A stretch of DNA of 46,231 bases. It comes from Antechinus flavipes (Eukaryota). The DNA lies in the NCBI RefSeq assembly GCF_016432865.1, contig NC_067403.1, positions 258,044,001 through 258,090,231 on the forward strand, in the 5' to 3' direction. The position numbers were made by a program, and so were the translations under genes. The first letter of the stretch is position 1, and each line of letters begins with the position of its first letter. This document shows, piece after piece, positions 1 to 12,038 of this stretch. Under the pieces are notes generated by a model that saw only the letters and a list, made by a program, of their open reading frames with translations, was not told the DNA's origin and searched no databases.

Positions 1-1075
1 ACAAGGAGTATACACGATGATCAGGTGGGATTTATAGTATGAATGCAGAATTGGTTCAGTATTAGGAAAGCCACCAACATAATTGATCATATCAACAATA
101 AAACCAACAGAAACCATATGACGATCTCAATAGATGTTGAAAATGCTTTTGACAAAATACAGCTTTCATTCCTATTAAAACACTAGAGACCATAGGATTG
201 AAGGAAGTATTCCTTAAAATGATAAGCAGGACATAAGATAAACCCCATATTTCACTAGCATTTCTTTATGTGACCCACAAAACCCAGCATCAAGAGATAG
301 AGAAATTCCATTTAAAATAACTGTAAACAATATAAAATACCTACCTGCCAAGATAAACTCAGGAACTATATGAACACAGTTACAAAATACTTTTCACACA
401 GATAAAGTCAGGTCTAAAGAATTGGAAAAATATCAACTACTTAGGAGTTGGTCAAGACAATATAATAAAAATGACAATTCTGCCTAAGTTAATCTACTTA
501 TTCAGTGCCATATCAAACTACCAAAAATTATTTTACAGAGCTAGAAAAAACTATAATAAAATTCATCAGAAAGAACAAAAAGTCAAAAATATCAAGGGAT
601 TTAATGGAAAAAAATTACAAAGGAAGGTGGTCTAGCAATACCAAATCTCAATCTATATTACAAAGTAATAATTATCAAAACTATCTGGCACTGGCTAAGA
701 AATAGAGTGGTGGATCAGTGGAATAAATTAGGTATACAAGACATAGCAATAAATGATCTTAACTTAGTTTTTGAAAAAATAATTTGAACTAATATGTTGC
801 ACAATGATGAACTATGAAACACTTAGCTACTCTGATCAATATAGTGATCCTCCCCCCCCAAAAAAAGAGAGTACTGACAATCTCTGAGTAAATATTGAAG
901 CAGATTTTCTTTTGTTTTCTTTATGTTTCTTATTTTCCCCTTCTGCAACATGGTTAATGTGGAAATATGTTTTGCATCACTTCATATATATAATGGATAT
1001 TGTTTTTCTTGCCTTCTTAATGGGTAGGGGAGGTGTGGAATAAAGGGAGAAAATTTGGAAATAAAAGAAAAAAAT
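1..1075 (+). mobile_element. Degraded, internally deleted L1 (ORF2 RT/post-RT fragments joined to 3' UTR)
   Basis: Translation traces L1 ORF2 motifs (HDQVGF, ISIDxExAFDKIQ; ORF 505-705 NYFTELEKTIIKF). The sequence then jumps to marsupial L1 3' UTR-like DNA ending in an A-rich tail at about 1060-1075. Confidence 0.85.
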
Positions 1076-1204
1076 TTAAATATTTTAAATAAAATATTTT
1101 ATTAAAACTATATTTGATTATAATATATTTAGAAATATTTTTATAAAATAAACTTTATAAAAATAATAAAGAGAAGACAGCAAAGACTGGGAAAATGTTG
1201 AATT

Positions 1205-1385
1205 TTATTAGAAAAGAAAGGGAGAGAGAGAAGGAGGGAAAAAGAAAAGAAAAAGAGAAGAAGAGAAGGAAAAGAGGGAGAAGGAGGAGGAGTAAAGAAA
1301 AAGAAAGGAAGGAGGGAAGGCAAGAGGGAAAAAAGAAAGCAAGGAAGGGAAGGTGGGTGGGAAGAAGGAAGTGACCAAGAGAATA
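1205..1385. repeat. Purine-rich (GA) low-complexity tract
   Basis: Almost entirely A/G; it explains the spurious F/S/L/P-rich ORF 1141-1398. Confidence 0.9.
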
Positions 1386-1419
1386 TACTCAATACCAAAT
1401 CATGTTACCTTTCCATCTT

Positions 1420-2150
1420 CATAACTTTTTATTAATTTTTTTATATCTTCTATTTTTTACATCATTATAGTTATCTTCAGTATCCTTCCTCCTCCCAGAA
1501 GGTCATCCCATGTAACAAATGCTATTCTTTCGAGAGAAAAACAGTCAATTGATAGGCTGAAAAAAAATCTGAAAATATGTACTTTGTGGAACATCTGTGG
1601 ACCTCCCACCTCCACTAAAGGCAGGTTGAGATTGTCTTTTCATCTCTGTTCATCTGAGTCCTGTTTAATTGTTAAATTTTCTCACATTTACTTTTGGGGT
1701 TTTTTGGTTTCTGTTTCCATCGTGGTAATCATTGTATATATTGTTTTCTTGACTCTCTTACTTTACTCCGTATCTGTTCATACGGACATTTCCAGTTTCT
1801 CTATATTTATCACATGTATAATTTCTTATAGCACAGAAATATTGCATTAGGTTCGGTATTCCTGAATTTGTTTAGCCACTCTCCAGTTGATGGGTATCTC
1901 CTTTGTGTCCAATTCTTTGCTGTCACAAAAAATGCTACTTTAAACATTTTTTGATGTATAAAGGGACTTTCTTTTCTGGCTTACTTGGGGTATAAGTCTA
2001 GGAAAAAAATCTCTGGTACAAAGAGTATGAGCATCTTAATTGCTTTATTTGCTTCATTCCAAGCTGCTTTTCAGAATGATTGTACCACCAGTAATGTACC
2101 AGTGTGCCTCTCATTTCACGGCTCCTTTACACTGGCTATTGCCATAGTTT
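1420..2150 (-). mobile_element. Old L1 3' end
   Basis: tttagccactctccagttgatggg (about 1870-1895) is the antisense of the L1 ORF2 C-terminal PSIGEWLNK segment; flanked by L1 3' UTR-like sequence. Confidence 0.6.
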
Positions 2151-2499
2151 GCCAGTGAGGATGCAGAGGGGCTAGGCTGAGTGGGAGCACCCCCCCTCAA
2201 CCCCATAGACTGAAAAACAAAGGACAGATGATCACTTAGGGAGATGGGCAGCCTTCTGAAAGCAAGGTTTCCACAGGGAATGGAGGGCTCACATCCTTGG
2301 GGTGCAGAATTCCATGCTCCTCCCTTCCTCTTCTCTCCTCCAAAGTCAGATACTGGAGAACAAGTAGACTAGAGCTCTGTCCTCCCGGCTGGGATGGTGG
2401 GGGGCTTGGTGGCTGTCCCAAAACAATCAGGCCACAGGAGGCAACTGGGTAGAGCTCGGCCCCTCAGAACTCCCAGCCAGGAAATCCAAAGTTGATTTT

Positions 2500-3203
2500 C
2501 TTTTTTTTTTTTTTTTTTTATTGTGATGGAGTATTTTATTGTACTATAAGAAATGACAAGCAGGATGATTTTAGGAAATTCTAGAAAGACTTATATAAAC
2601 TGATGCAAAGTCAAGCAAGCGCAATCCAGAGAACATTATACCTAATAACACCAACCTAAAAAAAAAAAATCAATTATTTAATTAATTTTGTTTACAAAGC
2701 ATATGCATGGGTAATTTTTTCCAACATTGACCCTTGCAAAACCTTTTGTTTCAAATTTTCCCTTTCTTCCCCCACTCCCTCCCCTAGCTGGCGGATAGTC
2801 CTACATGTTAAATATGTTGAAATGCATGTTAAGTCCAATATATGTATACATATTTATAGAGTTATCTTGTTGCACAAGAAAAATCAGATCAAAAAGTAAG
2901 GAAAAGAAAAAAACTGCGAAAGAAAACAAAATGCAAGCAAATAACAGAGAGAGTGAGAATGCTATGTTGTGTTCCACACTGTTCCCATGGTTCTCTCTCT
3001 GGATGTAGATGGCTCTCTTCATCACTGAATAAGTGGAACTGGTTTGAATCCTCTCATTGTTGAAGAGACCCACGTCCATCAGAATTGATTGTCATATAGT
3101 CTTGTTGCCATGTATAATGATCTCCTGGTTCTGCTCATTTCACTTAGCGTCAGTTCATGTAAGTTTCTCCAGGCCTCTCTGAAATCCTCCTGCTAGTCAT
3201 TTC
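2500..3203 (-). mobile_element. Segment 3'-transduced by the adjacent L1: poly(A) tail, a + strand L1 fragment (about 2521-2670) and an older - strand L1 3' end (about 2680-3203)
   Basis: Poly-T at 2501-2519; tttatt at 2535-2540 (AATAAA on the minus strand); lies inside the TSD pair caaagttgatttt at 2487-2499 and 5742-5754. Confidence 0.75.
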
Positions 3204-5741
3204 TTTTTTTTTTTTAAATAACTTTTTATTGCCAGAATCCATGCCTGGTAATTTTTTACAGCATTATCCCTTGTACTCACTTCTGTTCCAATTTCCCTCA
3301 CCCCCATCCCCTCCCCCAGATGGCAAGCAGTCCTTTACATGTTGAATAGGTTACAGTATATCCTACAATGTATGTGTGCAGAACCGAACAGTTTTCTTGT
3401 TGCACAGGGAGAGTTGGATTCAGAAGGTAGAAATAACCCGGGAAGAAAAACAAAAATGCAAGCAGTTTATATTCATTTCCCAGTGTTCTTTCTTTGGGTG
3501 TAGCTGTTTCTGTCCATCCTTGATCAATTGAAACTGAAGTAGCTCTCTTTAACAAAGAGATCCACTTCCATCAGAATACATCCTCAAACAGTATCGTTGT
3601 TGAGGTATATAATGATCTCCTGGTTCTGCTCATTTCACTTAGCATCAGTTCATGTAAGTCTCGCCAATCCTCTCTGTATTCATCCCGCTGGTCATTCCTT
3701 ACAGAACAATAATATTCCATAACATTCATATACCACGATTTACTCAACCATTCTCCAATGGATGGGCATCCATTCATTTTCCAGCTTCTTGCCACTACAA
3801 GTAGGGCTGCCACAAACATTTTGGCACATACAGGTCCCTTTCCCTTCTTTAGTATCTCTTTGGGGTATAAGCCCAGTAGAGACACTGCTGGATCAAAAGG
3901 TATGCACAGTTTGATAACTTTTTGAGCATAGTTCCAAATTGCTTTCCAGAATGGCTGGATGTGTTCACAATTCCACCAACAATGTATCAGTGTCCCAGTT
4001 TTCCCACATCCCCTCCAACATTCCACATTATCTTTCCCTGTCACTCTAGCCAATCTGACAGGTGTATAGTGGTATCTCAGAGTTGTCTTAATTTGCATTT
4101 CTCTGATTAATAATGATTTGGAGCATATTTTCATATGTCTATAAATAGTTTCAATTTCTTTGTCTGAGAATTGTCTGTTCATATCCTTTGACCATTTATC
4201 AATTGGAGAATGGTTTGATTTCTTATAAATTAGAATCAATTCTCTATATATTTTGGAAATGAGGCCTTTATCAGAACCTTTGATTGTAAAAATGTTTTCC
4301 CAGTTTATTGTTTCCCTTCTAATCTTGTCTGCATTTGTCTTGTTTGTACGAAAACTTTTCAATTTGATATAATCAAAATTTTCAATTTTGTGGTCAATAG
4401 TGATCTCTAGTTCTTCTTTGGTCATAAATTCCTCCCTCTTCCACAGGTCCGAGAGGTAAACTATCCTATGCTCTTCCAATTTATTTATCATCTCATTCTT
4501 TATGCCTAGGTCATGAACCCATTTTGACCTTATCTTGGTGTATAGTGTTAAGTGTGGGTCACTGCCTAGTTTATTTCCATACGAATTTCCAATTTTCCCA
4601 GCAATTTTTGTCAAATAATGCGTTCTTATCCCAAAAACTGGGGTCTTTGGGTTTGTCAAACACTATATTATTAAAGTTATTGGCTATTTTGTCCTTTGAA
4701 CCTAACCTATTCCATTGATCAACTAGTCTATTTCTTAGCCAATACCAGATGGTTTTAGTAACTGCTGCTTTATAATATAATTTGAGATCTGGTACAGCTA
4801 GGCCACCTTCATTTGATTTTTTTTCATTAATTTCCTTGAAATTCTTGACCTTTTGTTTTTCCATATGAACTTTGTTATTATTTTTTTCTAGGTCATCAAA
4901 GTCTGATTGGTATAGTGCTAAATAAATAGATTAATTTAGGTAGTATTGTCATCTTTATTATATTTGCTCGCCCAACCCAAGAGCATTTAATATTTTTCCA
5001 GTTGGTTAGATCAGACTTAATTTGTGTGGAAAGTGTTTTGTAATTTTGCTTATAAAGTTTCTGATTTTCCCTTGAGATAGATTCTTAAATATTTTATACA
5101 ATCAGTAGTTACTTTAAATGAAATTTCTTTTTGTAACTCTAACTGTTGGGTTTTGTTAGTGAGAGTAAGAATGCTGATGACTTATGTGGGTTTATTTTGT
5201 ATCCTGCAACTTTGCTAAAGGTGTGGATTGTTTCTAATAACTTTTTAGTAGAGTCTCTGGGGTTCTCTAAGTATACCATCATATCATCAGCAAAGAGTGA
5301 TAATTTGTTTCCTCATTGCCTATTCTTATTCCTTTAATCTCTTTCTCAACTCTTATTGCCAAAGCTAGCATTTCTAATACAATATTAAATAGTAATGCTG
5401 ATAGTGGGCAACCTTGTTTCATTCCTGATCTTATTGGGAATGGTTGCAGCGTGTCCCCATTACATATGATGCTTACTGCTGGTTTTAAATAGATGCTACT
5501 GATTATTTTAAGGAAAAGTCCATTTATTCCTATATTCTCAAGAGTTTTTAATAGGAATGGATGTTGGATTTTATCAAATGCTTTTGCTGCATCTATTGAG
5601 ATGATCATATGGTTTTTGTTAATTTGATTATTAATATGGCCAATTATACTGATAGTTTTCCTAATATTGAACCAGCCCTGTATTCCTGGTATAAATCCTA
5701 CTTGATCGTGGTGTATTATCCTGGGGATGATTTTCTATAGT
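3204..5741 (-). mobile_element. Young 5'-truncated L1 with frameshifted ORF2 (RT C-terminal half to Cys-rich C-terminus) and 3' UTR
   Basis: ORFs 5279-5608 ([24 protein letters not shown]), 4571-4864 ([14 protein letters not shown]) and 3571-4659 (CWRGCGKTGTLIHCWWNC) are L1 ORF2. T-rich tail at 3204-3215. Confidence 0.97.
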
Positions 5742-6329
5742 CAAAGTTGATTTTTAAAGCAAAGGCTCCTCTTGTCCACTGGCTAAGGGTGGAGGCCGAT
5801 GCTCACTTCCTAGGCCAGATGTGGCCTGGAGCAGCGGCAGTTGTTCCTCCTGGTCAGTGGCACTGGCAACCGTCTGGCCAAGGGGCCAAGCTTGGAGTCC
5901 AAGCTGGAATGTTGCTCAGGAAAGAGAAGCTGCCTAAAGCACGTGATCAGGGGATTAGCCTGGCCCAAGAGCCCTTGTCCTGGCCCTCTGGGCACCCACA
6001 AAAACACCAGACTGAGCCCTGTTGGAGAAGATCAGAGCTTGCTGGTTCTGAACTGGAGAACCCCAGAGGTTCTCTGCTCAGCTCGAGCTCCCCCACAGGC
6101 CTGCAAGGAGTCCCCCAGAGTGCTCCACAGCCTCAGCTAGAATGTGTCCAAGGGGAGAGTCCAGCCCCTCACAGTCCATGGCACCGGAGCAGCTCTCCTG
6201 GGCAGGAAGGCTACCTTGGGTTCTGCCCCTTGCAGCCAAGCCCAATATGTGCAGCTTCTGGACCACCAGACTGGCCCACTGGTACCAGCCTATGGATGCC
6301 ATTCCTTGTCAGACCTAGATTCCTCTGCC

Positions 6330-7340
6330 CCCATAGACCATCTCCCACCATCACACCTTTGCCATGCCCGTGCCATGCCCAAAGAGCCCTTTCCTCTCCA
6401 AGACTCGGCTCAGATCCCATTTCTGCAGGAGACCCTGGCTGATCACCCCAGCTTCTCGCCTCTATCCCCTGTGCCCCTTAGCCTGGGGCAGGCACGTGGA
6501 TGAGGGATGCCAGGGGGCAAGCTCTCTAAGGCCAGAGCTGTCTTTCCCAAAGGGAAATGGGTGTCTGGGGAGGCAGGGAGATCTCCAAGCCAAGGCTGGA
6601 TGGCCGCATTGGGGGCTGCCGTGGAGCCTATTTCTGCCCAGGTGAGGGTGGCTCGGGTGCCCAGGTCCCACCTGCCTCAGAGCCCCTGGGGCCGGCTCCT
6701 GGGCTCTCAGAGGATGCCAGGTGAAATTCCCCTGCGCTCTTCCTGCAGAAACAATGGCTGAGCCTCTGCCTCTTGGTTGTTCCAGGAGTCTCCTTGGTCA
6801 GGCCGGGAGGCTCCATGCTCCCCTTCATCACTCCACGCACTCCCTCTCCATCCTTCCCTCTCTTCCATGTAGTTCCCTTCCGCCACAAGACCTGTGGTCC
6901 AAAGAGCCCCAGGCCCTTCTTCCAGGAGCTGGGTCCCTGTCCGTCATCTTCCTCTCGTTCCCAGCTCCGAGCCTCTTGCTGGGAGAATTCCACCCACACC
7001 CCGACTGTCCCACTCCCTTCCCAGGAGCTGCTCCTCCACCGCACCTCAGCCAGACCCAGAGATGATCCTGCCGTCATCCATCTCGCCATCGCCCACAAAT
7101 GCGCCTCCCCCACATTCAGGAATTGGGAAATCCCTTTATCTGACCGTAATCTATTGGATTTCCACCTATCCCCCAGTCTTCCTTCACATAGCCCTGTTCC
7201 TCATCCACACTGTGGCCTCCATCAGCTGACCTTGGATCTTCTCCCAGGCTACCTTTTATCCTGCCCTGGTCATCTCGTCTCCCTTGCTGGACTCCTCAGT
7301 GACCAGTTCCACTCTGCACTGTCCCTCATCCCCTTATAAT
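6330..7340 (+). mobile_element. L2 fragment covering the ORF2 endonuclease domain
   Basis: Degenerate L2 APE motifs: gagaccctggct (ETWL-like), SLLLGEFHPH (LILGDFNIH-like), HLAIAHKC..FRNWEIPLSDRNLLDFHLS (DLAITHKC..NSEIPLSDHNLL-like). Confidence 0.75.
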
Positions 7341-7464
7341 ACTGCTGATGATGCCCTGCCAAGCCTCCACCTGGGATCCCTCCCACTGTCCTTCACTCTT
7401 ACAAATGTGCTGCTGAACAGAGGTGAGAACATCGTGCCCGGATTCTGAGTGGGCTCTCCGCAGT

Positions 7465-7673
7465 TCTATCATTTTCAGTCATGTCTGACTCTGAGACCCC
7501 ATTTTAGGTTTTCTTGGCAAAGATACTAGAATGGTTGGCTGTGTCCTTTTCCCTCTCATTTGGCAGGTGAGGGAACTGAGGCAAACATGGTGAAGTGACT
7601 TTCCCAGGGTCACACAAGTAGTAGGTATCTATAACTGGACTTGAACTCAAGCCTTCTGGACTCCAGGCCTAGG
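7465..7673 (-). mobile_element. MAR1-type CORE SINE
   Basis: ttttcttggcaaagatactaga...gaactgaggcaaac...gtgactttcccagggtcacac, matching the MAR1/CORE pattern. Confidence 0.85.
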
Positions 7674-7674
7674 A

Positions 7675-7775
7675 TATCTGTCTGTCTGTCATCTATCTGC
7701 CTGTATCTATCTAGCCAATGTCACCTGTCATCTGTCTATCCACCCATCCATCCATCCATCCATCTATCTATCTGT
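7675..7775. repeat. Mixed (TCTG/TCTA/TCCA)n tetranucleotide repeat
   Basis: atctgtctgtctgtcatctatct...ccatccatccatccatctatctatct. Confidence 0.85.
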
Positions 7776-7799
7776 CCTCTTGGCTTTCCTCCTCCCTCC

Positions 7800-7990
7800 C
7801 TGACCATTTCTTCTCTGTCTCCTTTGACAGATCCTCTTTCAGATCATGCCTCTGACTGTGACTGATCCTCAGGGTTAGGATCCCTTCCCTTCTCCTTCTA
7901 TACCATTTCACTTGGTGATCTCATCAGAATTTAATTCTCATTCCTCTTCTAATGATTCTCAAATCTACCCATTCTGGCTCAATCTCTGCT
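7800..7990 (+). mobile_element. L2 RT fragment (probably a continuation of the 6.3-7.3 kb L2)
   Basis: cctcagggt...cttctataccatttcacttggtgatctcatcag...gattctcaaatctac resembles the PQGS..LYT.SLGDLIS..DDSQIY region. Confidence 0.7.
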
Positions 7991-7994
7991 ATTT

Positions 7995-8790
7995 CTAGTC
8001 ACATGGAGAAATGCTCTCAATCACGCTTGATCAAAAAAATGCAAATTAAGACAAATCTTATGCACCACTACACGCCTCTCAGATGGGCTAAGATGACAGG
8101 AAAAGATAAAGACGGATGTTGGAGGGGATGTGGGAAAACTGGGACACTGATACATTGTTGGTGGAATTGTGAACGGATCCAGCCATTTTGGAGAGCGATT
8201 TGGAATTCTGCTGAAAGGGCCATCAAACAGTGCATCCCTTTGCTCCAGCATTACTGAGTCTGTATCCCAAAGAGATCATAAAGGAGGGAAAAGGACCCAA
8301 CATGTGCAAACATGTTTGTAGTGGCAAAGAACTAGAAATTGAGTGGATGTCTATCACTTTAGGAATGACCAAGTAAGTTATGGAATATGAAAGCAATGGG
8401 ATATTATTCTATACAAATAACAGGTTGATTTTAGAAAGGCTTGGAAAGATTTACATGGACTGATGCTGAGGGAAACAAGCAGAACCAGGAAAACATTGTC
8501 CAGAGAAATAGCAAGACTGGGATGGTCAACAACGACAGACTCGCTCTTTCTCAGTGATTCGGTGATCCAAGGTGATCTCAATAGACTTTGGATGGAAAAC
8601 GCTATTTGCATCCAGAAGAGAACTAAGGAGACTGAATGCAAATCAACACAAACTAGGTTCACTCTTTTTTCTTGTTTTTCCTCTTTCTCATGTTTTTTCC
8701 CTTTTTGTTCTGATTTTTTTCTCCCAACATGACTTATATGGAAATATGTAAGAAACAGACATACATATATAAACTTAAAAAAAAAAAAAA
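7995..8790 (+). mobile_element. L1 3' end (ORF2 C-terminus, 3' UTR, poly-A)
   Basis: ORF 7952-8257 contains CWRGCGKTGTLIHCWWNC; poly-A at about 8778-8790. Confidence 0.95.
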
Positions 8791-8834
8791 GATCCAAAAC
8801 ATACTTTCTTGCATCTGGAGTTCTCCAAGAAGGA

Positions 8835-9343
8835 CGTGTGTTGCTTCTTGACACCAGAGACTTGTGGGCAAAGGCCTTTCATCAGTAACAGGATTGACTT
8901 GGATCAAGTGGCCTCTGAGGACCCTCCCACCCGAGACTAGATGATAGGAATGGGCCAAGAATTGGAGAATGTCTTAAATTCATCGGACCCAGAAATCCCA
9001 TGTGAAGTCAGAGAGCTCTGACCTGGTAGTCGGCCTCCAAAATTCATGAATGCAAATTCTGCCCCACTTACGCAGGGGTCCATGCCATGTTGTCATATAA
9101 CCCAGGCTTTAAGCCCAGGGCATTGGGCTCCTGCTGCTTGGGCAGGAGCCGACTTTGGAGTCATGTCTGCTCGCCATATGTGGGAATAAACTGTGGGAAT
9201 AAAATTGCCTCTTATCCTGTTTGTCCTGGTCTTTTGTGTAACTAGTACCTGGGGAGAAAGAGGCGGGGCTTAAAAGAGCAAGCTTGAGGTGCCCTTCTCC
9301 CTAGAAGGGAAACCCACTGACTTTTAAACATAAACCCACAACA
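8835..9343 (+). mobile_element. Probable LTR (5' boundary uncertain)
   Basis: TATA-like catataa at about 9094-9100, duplicated tgtgggaataaa poly(A) signals (9185-9190, 9198-9203), ends in ...cacaaca. No TSD identified. Confidence 0.45.
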
Positions 9344-9348
9344 TTTAG

Positions 9349-10145
9349 TGTAAAGGGCAGGAACTCTGGAGAAACCTACTTAAGGCTCAGTATGAGGGAT
9401 TGAATCCTCCAACAAGGTGTTAAGACAGTGGAATTGATAAGATGGTGGTTCTCCAGTTTAGCAAGGTGATTAACAATTCTCTAGTTCAGTGTGAGTGATT
9501 TAATCCTACAACAAGGTGCTAACTCAGTGGAATTGATAAGATGGTGGTTCTCCAGTTTAGCAAGGTGATTAACAATTCTCTAGTTCAGTGTGAGTGATTT
9601 AATCCTACAACAAAGTGCTAACTCAGTGGAATTGATAAGATGGTGGTTCTCCAGTTTAGCAAGGTGATTAACAATTCTCTAGTTCAGTGTGAGTGATTTA
9701 ATCCTACAACAAGGTGCTAACTCAGTGGAATGGATAAGCTGGTGGTTCTCCAGTTTAGCAAAGTGATGACCAGTTCTCTAGTTCAGTGTGAGTGATTTAA
9801 TCCTACAACAAAGTACTAACTCAGTGGAATTAAGATAATGATAAGATAATATAGTTCTACAAGACTGACACCTATGATGATGTGCTTGGAACAGAGTCTA
9901 TAAGGCCCAACAAGGATTGGAAGAGAGAGATTGCATCTTGGCCCAGTCTCTGGTGGCTCTCCTGCCCCACTGAGACCCGGGCCCATTCCGGAGCCCCCAG
10001 AAAGCCGGCCCGGCCCCGGGTGAAGGAGACAGACTGAGAAGGAGACAAGAAAGACTGGACTTTATTCCTGACCGTTCTCCCGGTGACGATTCTGCTGAGA
10101 CCAAGGCTGGTCCGGGACCTCCAGAGAGCTGGCCCGGCCGTTACA
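9349..10145 (+). mobile_element. Solo ERV LTR with 6-bp TSD
   Basis: Starts tgtaaagggc, ends gttaca; atttag flanks both sides (9343-9348 and 10146-10151); TATA-like tctataag near 9897; homologous to the LTR at 32278-32656. Confidence 0.88.
9403..9831 (+). repeat. 99-bp tandem repeat, about 4.3 copies, in the LTR U3 region
   Basis: aatcct recurs at 9403, 9502, 9601, 9700 and 9799. The unit has stops in all six frames, so it is non-coding. Confidence 0.97.
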
Positions 10146-12032
10146 ATTTAGGAGGGCTGAGAGACGTCCCTCTAGTCCGGAGCAACGTGTTTCCCGCCTT
10201 ACTTCCGGAGGGCAGAGGCCCTCCTCTTCTCTTCCACCCTTCTCTTTCCCACAAGCCCCCCTTCAGCCTGCCCAGGACATCCCTCGGGTGTGGACACCTC
10301 ACACCTATTTCCATTTCGGCTGCAGCAGCTGCCTGCCTCGGTCCCGTCCATTCACCCGAGACGAGATCGGCAGCGTGTGCTCACTCCGAGGCAAGCCCCG
10401 ACATTCCGCCTGCGCTGCGGCTCGGGTAGCAGCCGTACGGAGGCTGCCATCGTCATGGGTTAATTTAATCATCGGGACAAACTCCCCTTGTTCTTATTTT
10501 TAGAAATGGCCGCGAGCACCCAGCCTTCAGCTCCCCCCGCTGACCAGCAGCCGCCACATCGCGGCCAGGAGGTTCCGGTGCTGGGCAGTGGGTTTTGTTT
10601 TTATAATAAAGTCTGTTTAATTAGGACCTCCTCATTTTGGACACAGCCCAACGTTGCAAACTCCACAGACTACAGGGCGGTATAAACACGACTTTCCACG
10701 CACCGGGAAACCAAAAAGTCGGTGCGACTCCCTTCAAGGCATCGGCCGGAGAGTCAGGGTTGGGTAGGTGCAAAGGAGAATGCCCCTGCCCGTCCCCAGG
10801 GGCTGCAGCCTCTCCCTCCGGGACCCCTGCTCCTCCCGGCCCCCGCCCAGGGCCCACGTGCCAGTCCTTCCGGGACAGAGTTAGAATCCTTTGAGCCTCC
10901 TCGATCCCTCCCTGGGCTGGGTCTGTGCACCGTGGACCCCCCAAAAGGACTTGGAACCATGGAGGTGAACCCAGAAAGGTCATCCCTCAGAGGCCCCTGC
11001 CTCCTCCCCCACCCTCTCTCACTCTGGACCGGTTTGGTAGCACGAACCTTGCTGTCCTGCCCCGGCCTCTCCCCAGAGCTCGGGCTCCAGTGGACATTCT
11101 GAGCTGGACATCGTGGCTATTTCAGAACAAAAGCATCTGGCCCCTTCCCGCCATTCTTCCCGCCAATTGTCGAGTCCGCCCAGAGCCCCACGCTGGGGAT
11201 GAGTCCCGCGCACATTATGGAACCACACGTGCCCCTCCCCCTCCCGGCCACCATGCTGGGATAAATGACAGCAACCAGTTTGTTTCTTGCTCTCAGTCCC
11301 GGCCTTAAGTGTCTCTCTAGCAAAGTCCAACTTTGGACTAAATGATCTCAAAATCTCTTTAATTCACACCAAAAAACTCTTTAAAGGCCCAGAACCTGTT
11401 CAGGTCACTGGGTTTTGGAGGATTCTGGGAAGTAAGTGGGAGGAAAGCCAAAAAGGGGAGAAGGAAGGGGAAAGCAGGGGCCGGGCTGAGTAAAAGCCTC
11501 TCAGGGTTCAAAGGTCACTGGGAGGTCAGGACTGTTGGATGCATCAGAGTAAATGAAGATGACCTCGGGAGGTCAGGGGAGGGGTGGGAAGGTCCAGGGG
11601 TTGAGCCAGAAAAGACCCCAATCCTGCGGAAGCCTCAGCGTCCAGAGTGACCAGAGGGCCCTGGCTCAAGTGGAGGCCGCGACAAAGTAGCTGCCTCGAG
11701 CCGCCGGCAGAAAAAGGCCTGGACTGACCGAGCCGAGCTTGCGCAGCTGGGCAACGAATGGCAAAACCAGGACACCCCCAAATGAATGTCGATTACGGTT
11801 TGTCTGGAATCCGCAGGCCCCCAAAGCCGGGGTCACCTCCACGCCTGGGGGGGCTACCGCTTGGGAGGACGGGGCCTGAAAAGCAGGAAGCTTTTGGGTC
11901 ACTGTCCCTCTGGGCTCAGCAAGGGTGGCAGGGAGACCAGCAGGGACAGCGGGAAAACCTTGCCAGTCAAAGGAGGGGAGGATAAGTCAAAATGAGGGGC
12001 AAGGAGCCAGTAGCCTCTCCAGGACCTCAAGT

Positions 12033-12038
12033 TTTATT
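12033..12038 (-). terminator. C11orf24: Likely C11orf24 polyadenylation signal (AATAAA)
   Basis: tttatt on the + strand about 455 nt beyond the stop codon at 12493. Confidence 0.65.

Noticed and set aside
5747-6442. 231-aa ORF and neighbouring ORFs
   Set aside because: No recognisable protein; partly overlaps L2-derived, GC-rich DNA.
9403-9831. Regular 99-bp and 40-bp arrays (also 45343-45666) as CRISPR-like or coding repeats
   Set aside because: There are no unique spacers, the context is eukaryotic, and the 99-bp unit has stops in all frames.
10146-10170. Possible primer-binding site after the LTRs
   Set aside because: No convincing tRNA 3'-end complement and no gag/pol similarity downstream; atttag is better explained as a TSD.
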